Positions 36,020 to 48,190 of a stretch of 58,533 nucleotides of DNA are shown one piece after another. The stretch is taken from contig NC_069005.1 of assembly GCF_001194135.2 (NCBI RefSeq), forward strand, positions 30,687,015 through 30,745,547, read 5' to 3'. Position 1 is the stretch's first letter. Each line of letters starts with the position of its first letter. The translations under genes were made by a program, and so were the position numbers. Under the pieces are notes generated by a model that did not search any database, was not told the DNA's origin, and saw only the letters and a program-made list of their open reading frames with translations. This DNA is from Octopus bimaculoides (taxonomy: Eukaryota).

Positions 36020-36302
36020 GGTGGTGGCAGTGGTGGTGATGGTTTCCAAGGAGGTTGGGGGTGAGGGCAGTTGTGGTTATGTTGATGGTGATGGTGGTGG
36101 TGGTGGGGATGGTGTTGATGGTGGTGAGGGAGGTGATGATGGTGGTTGTGGTGATGCTGATGGTGGTGGGGATGGCGTTGATGGTGGTAATGGTGGTCGG
36201 GGTAGTAAATGCAGTGGTGGTGGTGAAAATACCATTTCAGTGGTGAAAGTATTCATGACAGAGACAAAGACAGTGGGTGAGCATGGGTGTACGTATACAT
36301 GC

Positions 36303-36357
<55 letters not shown>

Positions 36358-36830
36358 CACTACATGACTCTCACCCCCACACCAATTCCAAAACACATCA
36401 CATACCATGAGATGTGGAGAAAGAAGCAGAGGGGGTGGGGGAGAGGGAGGATGGTGGTAGATACTGTGAGTCAAAGCAGGAAAGTTGGTAACAGTCTCTG
36501 GAAGAGAGGACTAAAAATTCTAACAGTGGCTGAGTCAAAGAACCAGCTTCTTCCTACAAAGAACAGTCATGATGATGAGGGTGATGATGATGATGATGAT
36601 GATGACGACAGTGGTGGTGGTGGTGGTGACGATGATGGTTGCGGTGGTGGTGGTGGTAGTGGTGGTGGTGGTATTGTTGATGACGGTGATGTGATGACGA
36701 CAGTAATGGGGATATTGCTGACAGGTGGTGACAGCCGGGTGGTGGTGGTCCTGATGGTGATGCGATGACGACAGTAATGGGGGATACTGCTGACAGAGGT
36801 GGTGATAGTGATGATGATGATGATCTCTGC
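36020..36830. repeat. (GGT/GAT)n trinucleotide tracts with (TG)n
   Basis: Seen directly. Confidence 0.8.
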
Positions 36831-36844
36831 AAGTCAAGGCATAA

Positions 36845-37245
36845 GGAAGAAAGAATAAAGAGGAAGATGTAAGGAAGAAGACAAAGATAGAAAAGAAGAG
36901 GAAGAATTGAAGAAGAAGAATTGAAGAAGAAGAATGGAAGAAGAAGAAGAAGAATTGAAGAAAAAGAAGGAGGAGGAGAAGAAGAATTGAAGAAGAAGAA
37001 GAAGAATGGAAGAAGAAGAAGAAGAAGAAGAAGAATGGAAGAAGAAGAAGAAGACGAAGAAGAAGAATTGAAGAAAAAGAAGAAGGAGGAGGAGAAGAAG
37101 AATTGAAGAAGTTAAAGGAAAAGAAAAAGAGAAGAGAGAAAAAGACGAGGAAGATAAAGAAAACAAAGATGATGAAGATGAAGAAAAGCAAAGAAGAAAA
37201 GAAAAAGAAGAAAAAGAAGAGAAGAAAAGGAGGAGGAGGATCATA
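36845..37245. repeat. compound (GAA)n array with GAAGAATTG/GAATG variants
   Basis: Seen directly. Confidence 0.9.
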
Positions 37246-37700
37246 TTTTTGAAAAATTGAATTTATTAGCTGTAAATAGGTGAAGTGAAAGGGGGAAAAA
37301 AAACTGGAAGAATTAGTAAGATTAGCTCCCACCACCACCACCACCACCACAAACCCAGCATAGAAGACTATTGACATAGTAACCATGTTTTACTATTTAG
37401 AACTGGAAGGAAAGGGGGTGGGAGCCGTCAGGGGAACAGGGTGTGAGAGGGGTGCGTGGCTATTTGTTTATTTGTTTGTTTTTTATTAGGTCTTTCATGG
37501 AGTGACGGGGTGGGGGTGTGGTGGGTGTGCCATGGTGGCTGTGAAGAATTCCATTTTCTTTTGTTTAAACAATGGTGGTGGCATTGGTGGTGGTAGTGGT
37601 TGTGGGTGGGGGGTGACATAAACAAATGACATACCTATTGTATGTCTATTGACAGACTGGCATGACATACAGGGACATTTCAGACAGACAGAGAAAGATG

Positions 37701-37739
<39 letters not shown>

Positions 37740-37840
37740 CCTAACAAACACACCTTGACCTACATTACAGCATTGATATATTGTGTCATGGCCAAATGCA
37801 TAAACAAAAAAATAAATAAACCAATTAGCCACTGAAAAAC

Positions 37841-37876
<36 letters not shown>

Positions 37877-37878
<2 letters not shown>

Positions 37879-38067
37879 TCTTTTACTGTTTTACTTGTGT
37901 CAGTCATTTGATTGCGACCATGCTGGAGCCCCACCTCAAAAAGGGCTTTCTTCATAGAAATCAGCACAAGGACTTATTCTTTGTAAGCCTACTACTTATT
38001 CTATCAGTCTCCTTTGCCAAACTGCTAAGTTACGGGAATATAAACACACCAACATCAGTTGTCAAGC
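37877..38067 (-). mobile_element. SINE family A, 3' half
   Basis: TTACTTGTGTCAGTCATTTGA...GGACTTATTCTTTGTAAGCC...CCAACATCAGTTGTCAAGC. Confidence 0.85.
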
Positions 38068-38184
38068 CAGTGCCCCCTGACTGGCTCCCGTGCCACTGGT
38101 ATGTAAAAAGCACCATCCAAACATGGTCGATGCCAGGTCAGTCTGCTTGGTTCCTGTACCGGTGGCGCATAAAAAGCACCATCT
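38068..38184 (+). mobile_element. internal fragment of the family E RTE 3' UTR, abutting SINE A
   Basis: CCCCTGACTGGCTCCCGTGCC...GTAAAAAGCACCATCC...GGTCGATGCCAGG matches 12325-12430. Confidence 0.8.
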
Positions 38185-38303
38185 ATAAATATATATACAT
38201 ATATATATATACATACAAGCATACACATTATTTATATATACATACATACATACATACATACACACACTATTTATACATACATATATACACTATTTATACA
38301 TAC

Positions 38304-38358
<55 letters not shown>

Positions 38359-38359
38359 T

Positions 38360-38394
<35 letters not shown>

Positions 38395-38702
38395 GCATTG
38401 GAAACGAGGGAGAAAGGGGGAGAGACAGACAGATTACTCAGCTGAACAGATAGGTGTATATACTAATAAAAAGAAGAAGAAAAAAACAGACACAAAGAGA
38501 GGCACCTCTCTCTCCATTAGTCATAGGATTGTGCTTTAGAGAAACAAAAAATAAGATAGTTTATGTAAACAGAAAACACTACACACACACACACACACAC
38601 ACAAGTGCCATTGATGAATGAGTCAATCAGAATTTGACCTTTCATGATAAAAGATATTCCTTATTGGGTAATCAATCTCATTGGCTTTAAGTTTAGGTAG
38701 GT

Positions 38703-38739
<37 letters not shown>

Positions 38740-38776
38740 AACACCAATAAATAGTTTGTGAAAATATAAGGATACA

Positions 38777-38853
38777 ATGCACCACCAGGAATTGAACTCA
38801 TGACTTTATGATCGTGAGCTGTATACCCAAACCACTAAGCCACTTGCCTTCAC
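38777..38853 (-). mobile_element. tRNA-like SINE head fragment (family D/G)
   Basis: Reverse complement GTGAAGGCAAGTGGCTTAGTGG...CACGATCATAAAG...GAGTTCAATTCC. Confidence 0.7.
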
Positions 38854-39809
38854 CATAACAAAGCACAGACTATTCACAGTCTCCATCAACCAAATTCACT
38901 CAAGGCAAAAAAACCCATATCGTCCCGTTTTTGTCTTTTATGTTGTTGCATGTCCTTTAATGTTTTTGTATGCGAGGCCCTTGTGGCTAATAAAAGAATA
39001 TAACTTACCCCATCCCACCAAAATTGTGGATTTTGAGACAAATTTGAAACCATTATTATTTTCCTTCCATTTTAATTTTATTTTTTTATTACAAATAAGA
39101 ATGTATACAAATAAAAACATAAGAACACCCCTACCCCGACCACCACCACCACCACTGAACTGAAAAATGAGACCAAAAGGTCAACAGCCCCCACCAACCA
39201 CCACCACCACCTCTGCCAAAACTACAGCAGCCATGAAAACTTGATGTTAACAGGAAGATTAGCAGGAAAGCTGGAGTAATTTGTCTTTTTGGTGTATTTT
39301 ATTACAATGTCCAGACCTGCCCTGCTTATTGCAGTGGCAGGAACTGTGTGGTGGTGGTAGTAGTGGAGAGAGAGAGGGAGAGACAGAGAGAGAGAGACAG
39401 AGAATGAGAGAGAGAGAGATAGAGAGAGAGAGAAAGAGATGAGCACTTTGGGATAATGGATGCCTGTGTATGGATGTTCACAAGTATGTGTATATAGGCA
39501 TATAAACACATGCAAGAGAGAGAGAGGAGAAACCAGTAAAAGAATATATGCATTTTGTCTGTCTGTCTGTCTGTGTCTATCTATCTTTGTGTGTGTGTTT
39601 ACAAGAAATTAGTTGTGATCAAACCAGCAGAATGATAGGGTCTGCTAAGTTTAAAAATTTATGTAAGACATGCCATCATTAAGAAACCCCTGTGACTCCC
39701 TCAAGAATTTGAGGGCCCAAAACAAAAGGGACGGACACACATACACACACTATTTGATAACATTTTGATTCTGGATCAATCTTACTATTAAATAATATTT
39801 CTAACTCTT

Positions 39810-40010
39810 AAAGCAGAAAGCTGGCAGAGTGGTTAGCACGCCGGACGAAACACTTGGCGGTATTTCGTCTGTCTTTACTTTCTGAGTTCAAACTTCACCG
39901 AGGTTGACTTTGCCTTTCATCCTTTTGGGGTCGATAAATTAAGTACCAGTTGCGTACCAGGGTCGATCTAATCAACTGCGCTCCCCCCCACCTCCACAAA
40001 AATTTCAGGC
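39810..40010 (+). mobile_element. SINE family B
   Basis: GCTGGCAGAGTGGTTAGCACGCCGG...GGTTGACTTTGCCTTTCATCCTTTTGGGGTCGATAAATTAAGTACCAG. Confidence 0.9.
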
Positions 40011-40640
40011 AGAAATGAATATTTGTAATTCTTAACAAATATGTTGAGTACCACTTGGTTTTATTTGCCCACTTGAAATATATGAATATTTAGTATTATG
40101 TCGAGTTGCTCGTCTAGAAAAGCAATTAACAATAAACTGAAGAGTTACTTAATACTTTTGGTGGAGGACATGTTTAAAAAATGGAAAAATAATCCAGAAT
40201 CCTTTGTCTGGTACCTGATTGATCCCAATAGTAGTCATGGAATGTGAAGGTGGCTGTAGAAAATTTAGTAACAGTAATAAATAGTTTATCCTTATCTAAT
40301 ACAAGCCAATGTTAACAAATTCACCATTCAAAATAGTTAAGTCTAAAGGGAGATAATTGAGAAAGACTTGAAAGTTAACATAAAATTGTAAGCATGTAAA
40401 GTAAATATAACAAATAATCCAGAATCCTTGTTTGGGACTAGATCGATCCCAAAACATAATCAGTTCGTGCCAGTCATGAGGCCAAACATCCCTGAACAAC
40501 ATAGCAGATCTCAACAGAAGCGCCAAACTAAGTTGTGTGTTAGATCTAATTACAGATCATCCAATAATATATATATACAGACCATCCAATACATATCCAA
40601 TACAATTACAGATCATCCAATAATATATAAATATATATAT

Positions 40641-40807
40641 ATATGACAGGCTTCTTTCAGTTTCCGTCAACCAAATCCACTCACAAGGCTTTGATCAGCC
40701 TGAGGCTATATTAGAAGACACTTGCCCAAGGTGCCACGCAGTGGGACTGAACCTGGAACCATGTGGATGATAAGCAAGCTACTTACCACACAGCCACTCC
40801 TCTGCCT
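40641..40807 (-). mobile_element. SINE family A, 5' half
   Basis: Near-consensus head: CAAGGTGCCACGCAGTGGGACTGAACC...CTTACCACACAGCCACTCC. Confidence 0.9.
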
Positions 40808-40908
40808 ATACATAATACAAATACATATACATATACATATACACACATCCATACACATCCACGCATAAACATGTACACACACATGTAATGTCATGAGAAT
40901 ATATGACG

Positions 40909-40949
<41 letters not shown>

Positions 40950-41085
40950 TGCAGCAGTTGATTAGCCCCTCTCTGAAGAGATGAGAATGGGGTGATTTCA
41001 GTGCAACCAATAATGTATGAACAAGGGAGGAGTTGTAGGTGGGGGAGAAAACACACAGCTAATAAATGTCACTCTTATATATAGA

Positions 41086-41146
<61 letters not shown>

Positions 41147-41238
41147 ATAAATGACTTAACGTTATGCTAGTATGGAAAGCGGACATTAAAAGATGATGAT
41201 GATATATACATATATACACACAAAAACACACACACATG

Positions 41239-41272
<34 letters not shown>

Positions 41273-41529
41273 CACACATACTCATGCACATACACACACA
41301 TACATACATATATAAATACACATACACACATATACACACATATATATATACATATATACACATACACACACATATATATATACACATCTATATATATACA
41401 CGTACACACATAAATAAATGCATACATATATATATATATATATAGACATACAAATAAATATGTGGAATAATAAAGCTCATTCATTTATGGACCACAGTGT
41501 TATGTGTATGTATGTATATATGCATGCAG

Positions 41530-41575
<46 letters not shown>

Positions 41576-42327
41576 TATGGGTGTAGATGAAAGAGTATGA
41601 GGGTGGGTGGGCAGTGGAAGGTTTATAGGCTTCTGAGTAAAATTTATTACTATCAATAAAATCATGCCCCCTCCCACCCTGGGCCCCACATCTTTATTTC
41701 TTTTCATTTTCGTATTTTCTGACAGCAAACATAGACACCAGGAAGATTAGAGAAGTAGGGTGAGAAAGAGAAAAGAGAGAGGAGAGACATAGAGAGAGAG
41801 AGTGGAGAAAGTATTGAGAGGTGAAAGGAGAGAGAGGATGAAAAGGTAGATACAAGAGAGAGGGAGAGAGAGAGAGAGAAAGAGAGAGGGAGAGAGTAAG
41901 ATTAAAAGAAGGGAAAATCTCCAAAAGCCTTCACAAATATGAAAGCAAGATGGCACCAGCAAACATGGTTTTTGTTTTACAGATGGATTTTAGTAACCAA
42001 ATCCAACAACTGGTCATGTATCTTGAGCCAACAGGAGAGCAGCTACACGGTCAAATATTCCTCAAATCAAACCCTACTCTCTTAAAAAAGAAGGAAAGCT
42101 GCATTAGATAATGCAAACCTAGATGCACACAACAGATGCAGCATGGTCAAATGTTTTTAAGAAGAAATAAATAAATATTATTTGAAGCTGAAATTACAGA
42201 CTCACGTCTTGTAACTCTGGAGTGATTATACCATTGTGTATATTTTGGTTCCCTTTTCTTCTCACTATCTCCTCATAGATACAACACGGACCTTCATGTA
42301 TATATACACATATCTATATACATATAA

Positions 42328-42702
42328 GTGGAGGCGCAATGGCCCAGTGGTTAGGGCAGCGGACTTGCGGTCATAGGATCGCAGTTTCGATTCCCAGACC
42401 GGGCATTGTGAGTGTTTATTGAGCGAAAACACCTAAAGCTCCATGAGGCTCCGGCAGGGGATGGTGACGAACCCTGCTGTACTCTTTCACCACAGCTTTC
42501 TCTCACTCTATCTTCCTGTTTTTGTTGTACCTGGAATTCAAAGGGGCCAGCCTTGTCACACTGAATATCCCCGAGAACTATGTTAAGGGTACACGTGTCT
42601 GTGGAGTGCTCAGCCACTTGCACGTTAATTTCATGAGCAGGCTGTTCTGTTGATTGGATCAGCTGGAACCCTCGATGCTGTAAGCGACAGAGTGCCAACA
42701 AC
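42328..42702 (+). mobile_element. SINE family C, full length
   Basis: GTGGAGGCGCAATGGCCCAGTGGTTAGGGCAGCGG...GTTTCGATTCCC...GTAAGCGACAGAGTGCCAACAAC; homologous to 15835-16221. Confidence 0.9.
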
Positions 42703-44260
42703 ATACATATAAATACACACACACGCATGTATATANNNNNNNNNNNNNNNNNNNNNNNNNNNNNNNNNNNNNNNNNNNNNNNNNNNNNNNNNNNNNNNNN
42801 NNNNNNNNNNNNNNNNNNNNNNNNNNNNNNNNNNNNNNNNNNNNNNNNNNNNNNNNNNNNNNNNNNNNNNNNNNNNNNNNNNNNNNNNNNNNNNNNNNNN
42901 NNNNNNNNNNNNNNNNNNNNNNNNNNNNNNNNNNNNNNNNNNNNNNNNNNNNNNNNNNNNNNNNNNNNNNNNNNNNNNNNNNNNNNNNNNNNNNNNNNNN
43001 NNNNNNNNNNNNNNNNNNNNNNNNNNNNNNNNNNNNNNNNNNNNNNNNNNNNNNNNNNNNNNNNNNNNNNNNNNNNNNNNNNNNNNNNNNNNNNNNNNNN
43101 NNNNNNNNNNNNNNNNNNNNNNNNNNNNNNNNNNNNNNNNNNNNNNNNNNNNNNNNNNNNNNNNNNNNNNNNNNNNNNNNNNNNNNNNNNNNNNNNNNNN
43201 NNNNNNNNNNNNNNNNNNNNNNNNNNNNNNNNNNNNNNNNNNNNNNNNNNNNNNNNNNNNNNNNNNNNNNNNNNNNNNNNNNNNNNNNNNNNNNNNNNNN
43301 NNNNNNNNNNNNNNNNNNNNNNNNNNNNNNNNNNNNNNNNNNNNNNNNNNNNNNNNNNNNNNNNNNNNNNNNNNNNNNNNNNNNNNNNNNNNNNNNNNNN
43401 NNNNNNNNNNNNNNNNNNNNNNNNNNNNNNNNNNNNNNNNNNNNNNNNNNNNNNNNNNNNNNNNNNNNNNNNNNNNNNNNNNNNNNNNNNNNNNNNNNNN
43501 NNNNNNNNNNNNNNNNNNNNNNNNNNNNNNNNNNNNNAACAAACACTTATACAAACACTTCCATCTTAAGAACATTGACAACAAGTTCAACATCAATCAG
43601 AAGCTATCCACCCTCGGCCACCCCCCAACAAACACCACACCCTGCCAGAGTGAGGATAGGGCTGGGTTGGCTGGCAGTGGACAGGAGGAGGAAGAGGATT
43701 ATAAAAGACTAAATTGATTCCATTTTTCGGGAGTTATTTTTATTTTTTTTATTTTTTTTATTTTTCAAATGAGCAGTAACTTGGATAAGATCCACAACAA
43801 AATACTTCTTCCTTTTTTTTTTGTCAATTTGTGTTGTAATGATAGGGGACACGCCAACTAAATTACTGTAATTCTTAGGAAACACACAGAACATGTGTTG
43901 GAACAACAACAACAACAACAACAACATGCTCAAAAAATTGCTCTTTTAGGGACTTTGAGGGTTTTGAGATTGGTCATTGGGTGTTAGGTATCTTCCACAA
44001 CACTTAACATCTAGGTACCAAGTTTATAATTCATGGAAAGAGACATGCTCCCCACCCCACAAGAGAGACCTTGTGAGACCTTTGACAACAGGTTGCCATC
44101 TGCTGTCACAGAATTAACTGGAGCAAAGGAAATCAAGAGCTCTGAGAAGTAAAATTTAATAATAATATTAACAATAAGGCATAGGCTTGCTTCCCAACCA
44201 CATGGTTCCTGGTTCAATCCTACTCTCACCAACAAACAATATTAATATTGTAATATGGGG

Positions 44261-44600
44261 GAGACCCCCTTCGGTCACGAATGACCATGGGATTGCACCT
44301 AGAAAGTTACCCTCCCAGGCACAAGTCCGGGCAAGGTTGTTTGTGGAAGGCCAGCAGTTGCCCCTGCATACCAGCCTCTCCTCTCCACACCACTGATGTT
44401 ATATCCAAGGGAAAGGCAAAGGGGCCGATACAGCTTGGTACCAGTGATGTCGCAACTCATTTCTACAGCTGAGTTAACTGGAGCAACGTGAAATAAAATG
44501 TCTTGCTCAAGAACACAACACACAGCCCAGTCTAGGAATCAAACTCACAACTTCATGATCGTAAGCTCGACGCTCTAACCACTGAGCCATGCGCCTTCAC
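44261..44600 (-). mobile_element. SINE family D, full length
   Basis: Reverse complement of the 30303-30640 family. Confidence 0.9.
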
Positions 44601-44884
44601 TAATTGCAATAATTATTGGGACAACTGTAGTACCAAAACCCACCAAAAATATGAAAAATAATGATGCCGATTATAGGTATCAACAATAGGGCAGATGGAA
44701 AATGAATTCCTCAGTAGGCGCCATTCTGTACTGTAATACACATAGATGGAGTCTCACATATGTAATAGTATAGTGAGCTGAAAAACTGATTAACCGAAAT
44801 TATCTTTCTAATTAATTCTGATACCTGAGTCAATGTAATTGCCTAATCACTCTTCCCCCCAAACGTTTTATTCTGGAGATCACT

Positions 44885-45128
44885 AAAATTAAGCAGCACA
44901 TACCAGTCAAAGCAATTTTTTGGCATTTCTTGCAGGAATCATTCTCAAGTAATTTTCAGTCCCTTCTATGTTGATTCCTAGTGCTCCTACAATCATTGGT
45001 AGTGTAACCACCTTCAGATGCCACACATTTTTTTTTTACCATTTTCTATAAGCCAGTTTTTATATTTCCCAAGCTTGTCAAATTCTTTTGCCACAATATT
45101 ATGATCACAAAAGATACTCATATCAAGA
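44885..45128 (-). pseudogene. remnant of R4/Dong-type non-LTR retrotransposon, restriction-like endonuclease C-terminus
   Basis: Minus strand translates as DMSIFCDHNIVAKEFDKLGKYKN.../MWHLKVVTLPMIVGALGINIEGTENYLRMIP.../QEM.KIALTG. This matches the RLE pattern D..V..D......E..K..KY..L......W......PV.VGALG; frameshifted. Confidence 0.75.
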
Positions 45129-45135
45129 GTTAGTC

Positions 45136-45137
<2 letters not shown>

Positions 45138-45198
<61 letters not shown>
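45138..45198. repeat. (TTA)n, about 20 units
   Basis: Seen directly. Confidence 0.95.
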
Positions 45199-45200
<2 letters not shown>

Positions 45201-45990
45201 AGCAGCAAGCTGGCAGAATCGTTAGCATGCCAGGCGTCTACTGCTATGGTCTGAGTTCAAATTTCACTGAGGTCGAATTTGCCTTTCATCCTTTCAGGGT
45301 CAATAAATTAAGTACCAGTTGAATACTGGGGACATTGTAATTGACTATACCCCTCCCCCAAATTTCAGGCCTTGTGCCTAGAGTAGAAAAGATTATTATT
45401 GTAATTAAGGTGGTGAGCTGGAAGAATTGTCAGCATGCTGGACAAAATTCTTAGAGGCATTTCATCTATCCTTATGTTCTTTTCTACTCTAGGCACAAGG
45501 CCTGAAATTTTGGGGGAGGGAGGCCAGTCGATAAGATCGACCCCAGTATGCAACTGGTACTCAATTTATCGACCCCCAAAAGGATGAAAGGCAAAGTCGA
45601 CCTCGGCAGAATTTGAACTCAGAACGTAAAGACAGACAAAATACTGCTAAGCATTTCGCCCGGGATGCTAACGTTTCTGCCAGCTCCCCACCTTATATTC
45701 TGACTTCAAATTCCACCGAGGTCTACTTTGCTTTTCATCCTTTCGGGGTTGATAAACTAAGTACCAGTGAAACACTGGGGTTGAGGTAATTGACTACTCG
45801 CCTCCCAGCAAATTTCGGGCTTGGTGCCTATTGTATTAAGGATAACTATTGTTATTGCTAAGGCAGCAAACTGGCAAAATTGTTAGCACACCAGGTTTAA
45901 GCTTTTCGTCCATCTTCATGTTCTTAGTTCAAGTTCTGCTGAGGTCGACTCCCCACAAAGTTTCAGGCCTTATGCTTATAGTAGAAAGGA
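45199..45990 (+). mobile_element. head-to-tail family B SINE array (3 sense copies) with one nested antisense copy
   Basis: Copies at about 45199-45392, 45407-45845 (split) and 45859-45990; antisense insert at 45481-45690. Confidence 0.85.
45481..45690 (-). mobile_element. young family B SINE inserted antisense into an older copy
   Basis: Flanked by CCTTATGTTCT (45470-45480) and CCTTATATTCT (45691-45701), a putative 11-bp TSD with one mismatch. Confidence 0.85.
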
Positions 45991-46577
45991 TAATTATCAT
46001 TATTGTTGTTGTTGTTATTAGCACGTTGGACAGAATAATCTCTGATATAAGAGTATGGACTTTCAAGATAGCCAACCTATCTTTTATAAGAATTACTATG
46101 AATTCTCTAGCCTTCCTGATTTTCCTGCTTTTCTGCTTAATATTTTATACTCACTTCTGTCGTATCATTAATCATTAAATGTTCTATCCATCTTTTATTT
46201 AATTATACTTTCATTAGCTCGACTGACACATTGCCCAGAGCCAACACTTGTTTGTCTGGATGCCATCTTCCTTTTGTTTGACATTGAATTTTTATGTATC
46301 TGATCTTTTCCGAGCAATAACTGTCTCTATCTATTATATACATCTTCTCAAAATATTCTTACTACTTAATATGTATCATCATCATCATCATCATCATTGT
46401 GTAATGTCTGTATGGCATGCAAAAACACTTTGAAATATCTGCCACTGGGACTTGAACCGATGACCTATGAGTATGTGGCCCAATAATGCCCCCACACCGA
46501 CTGACTCCTTTTACTTAGTCAGCCACTCTACCTCTACTCATACAGGAGGTACACATACCTGCACACAGGAAAATGTT

Positions 46578-46608
<31 letters not shown>

Positions 46609-47249
46609 TTGATTGATGGATTGTAGACAGAGGGAGACAGACAGACAGACAGGTAGGGCAGATATGATAATAATGTACATATATAGATATAATACAGCTA
46701 TTTCAGTATGAAAGAACATAAGAAAAAGGAGGGGGGAAGGNNNNNNNNNNNNNNNNNNNNNNNNNNNNNNNNNNNNNNNNNNNNNNNNNNNNNNGGGTAG
46801 TGTGTTTAAGACAAAGAAATTGTGAAGAACTGGTTATTATGGGTGTCAAGTATGTTGTGTCAGTTATCAATGCACCCCCTCACATCTACACCTGTGTGTG
46901 TGTGTGTGTGTGTGTGTGAATGAAAGGGTTTCACTCTAGTCTTGTGTGTTGGGTATGCAGGGTGTGAAAGGGCTCCACCCTAGTCATGTGTATGCATTTG
47001 TGTGTGTGTGTAGGGTAAGGGTAAGGGTTGGAAAGAAAAAAAGAAGGAAAGCCATGTACTTAAAATATGGAATGGTGGGGATGGGGAGGGAATGGCTGTG
47101 AAAAACACTTTTAGAAAAATGGGTAAAAATACCCCTTTAAGATGGAAATAAGCAGCCAGCAGCTGCTGTAGAAAATTGAACTCAGTACCTCTGAAATTCT
47201 GGCTGAGTGCTCTGTACCATTGAGCTAAATGACCCCAACACATGTTGCA

Positions 47250-47397
47250 CTTCTTTTAATTTTCTGTCTCTCAAATTCACTTGCAAATATTAGGTTGGCC
47301 CAGGACTGTAAGAGAAAACACTCGCTCAGGGTGCCATGCAGTGGGGCTGAACCCAGAACCATGTGGTTGGGAAGCAAACTTAACAACATAGTCACAT
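47250..47397 (-). mobile_element. SINE family A, degenerate 5' half
   Basis: GGGTGCCATGCAGTGGGGCTGAACCCAGAACCATGTGGTTGGGAAGC. Confidence 0.8.
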
Positions 47398-47594
47398 ATA
47401 TAAAATGTGTGTGACCCTAGCCCTTTCATTCTGTCACATAATCAGAAGAAATATTTGACTCCATATTAATGAAAACAATGATATAATAGTTAACCATTTG
47501 CTAGAATAAGTACCAGACAGAACTAAGTATTGTTGGGCAGATCCAGCTTGGCCTCAGTCTGATGACAGAGGAAACTAAAATATATAAAAATGAA

Positions 47595-47676
47595 GCAAGT
47601 GTCTTCTAGTTTAGCCCCGAGTCAACCAGTGCCTTGTGATTAAGATTGGTAGATGAAAACTGTGATGAAGCTCATT
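47595..47676 (+). mobile_element. SINE family A internal fragment
   Basis: GCAAGTGTCTTCTAG...GCCTTGTGA...GATTGGTAGATGAAAACTG. Confidence 0.7.
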
Positions 47677-47890
47677 GACTGGTAATGTCTTTTTGAAGTC
47701 CCCTGATAAAACTAATGTAACTCTTCTCATAGATTTGTTGTTGCGTCTTATGTCCTGTAAGGTCTTACCAAGAGCTTCCATTGCACCTCTATGTGACATG
47801 GTGCATTCATCCCAAATGATAAGGTGGCATTGGCACAACGCTTCTGCTGAACCTGAATCTTTGCTTATGTTATAAATTGGACTGTCGTTG
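47677..47890 (-). pseudogene. Helitron Rep/Hel Pif1-family helicase fragment (motifs II-III)
   Basis: SPIYNISKDSGSAEALCQCHLIIWDECTMSHRGAMEALGKTLQDIRRNNKSMRRVTLVLSGDFKKTLPV matches the Helitron helicase pattern CNI.K.S..A..L....LI.WDECTM.H..A.EAL..TL.D.R.N....GG...LL.GDFRQ.LPV. Confidence 0.85.
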
Positions 47891-47974
47891 TAAAGTAAGC
47901 TTCTTAACCACACAACCATGCCTGCACCTATAATAATGAAGAATTTAGGAAAAGAACTTTGACACTATTAATCT

Positions 47975-48190
47975 AGGTGGTAAGCTGGCAGAATCGTTAG
48001 CACACTGGGTAAAATGCTTAAGTGGTATTTTGTCCATTTTTATGTTCCGAGTTCAAATTAGCCCAAGGTTGATTTTACCTTTCATCCTTTTAAGATTGAT
48101 AAAATAAGTACCAGTTGAGTACTGGGGTCAATGTAATCAACTAGCCCCTGCCCTCAAATTTGCTAACCCTGTGCCAAAATTTGAAACCAT
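47975..48190 (+). mobile_element. SINE family B, full length
   Basis: AGGTGGTAAGCTGGCAGAATCGTTAGC...GATAAAATAAGTACCAGTTGAGTACTGGGGTCAATG. Confidence 0.9.

Noticed and set aside
35576-36064. 162-aa hydrophobic repeat ORF (FFHSVILSFFYSFILL)n
   Set aside because: Translation of the 16-bp minisatellite.
30303-44600. tRNA-like sequences at SINE heads (for example 30303, 42328, 44600)
   Set aside because: They have A and B boxes but no closing acceptor stem and continue into SINE bodies, so they are not tRNA genes.
47551-47570. CTGATGACAGAGGAAAC hammerhead-like core
   Set aside because: No helix II, helix III or helix I pairing can be formed.
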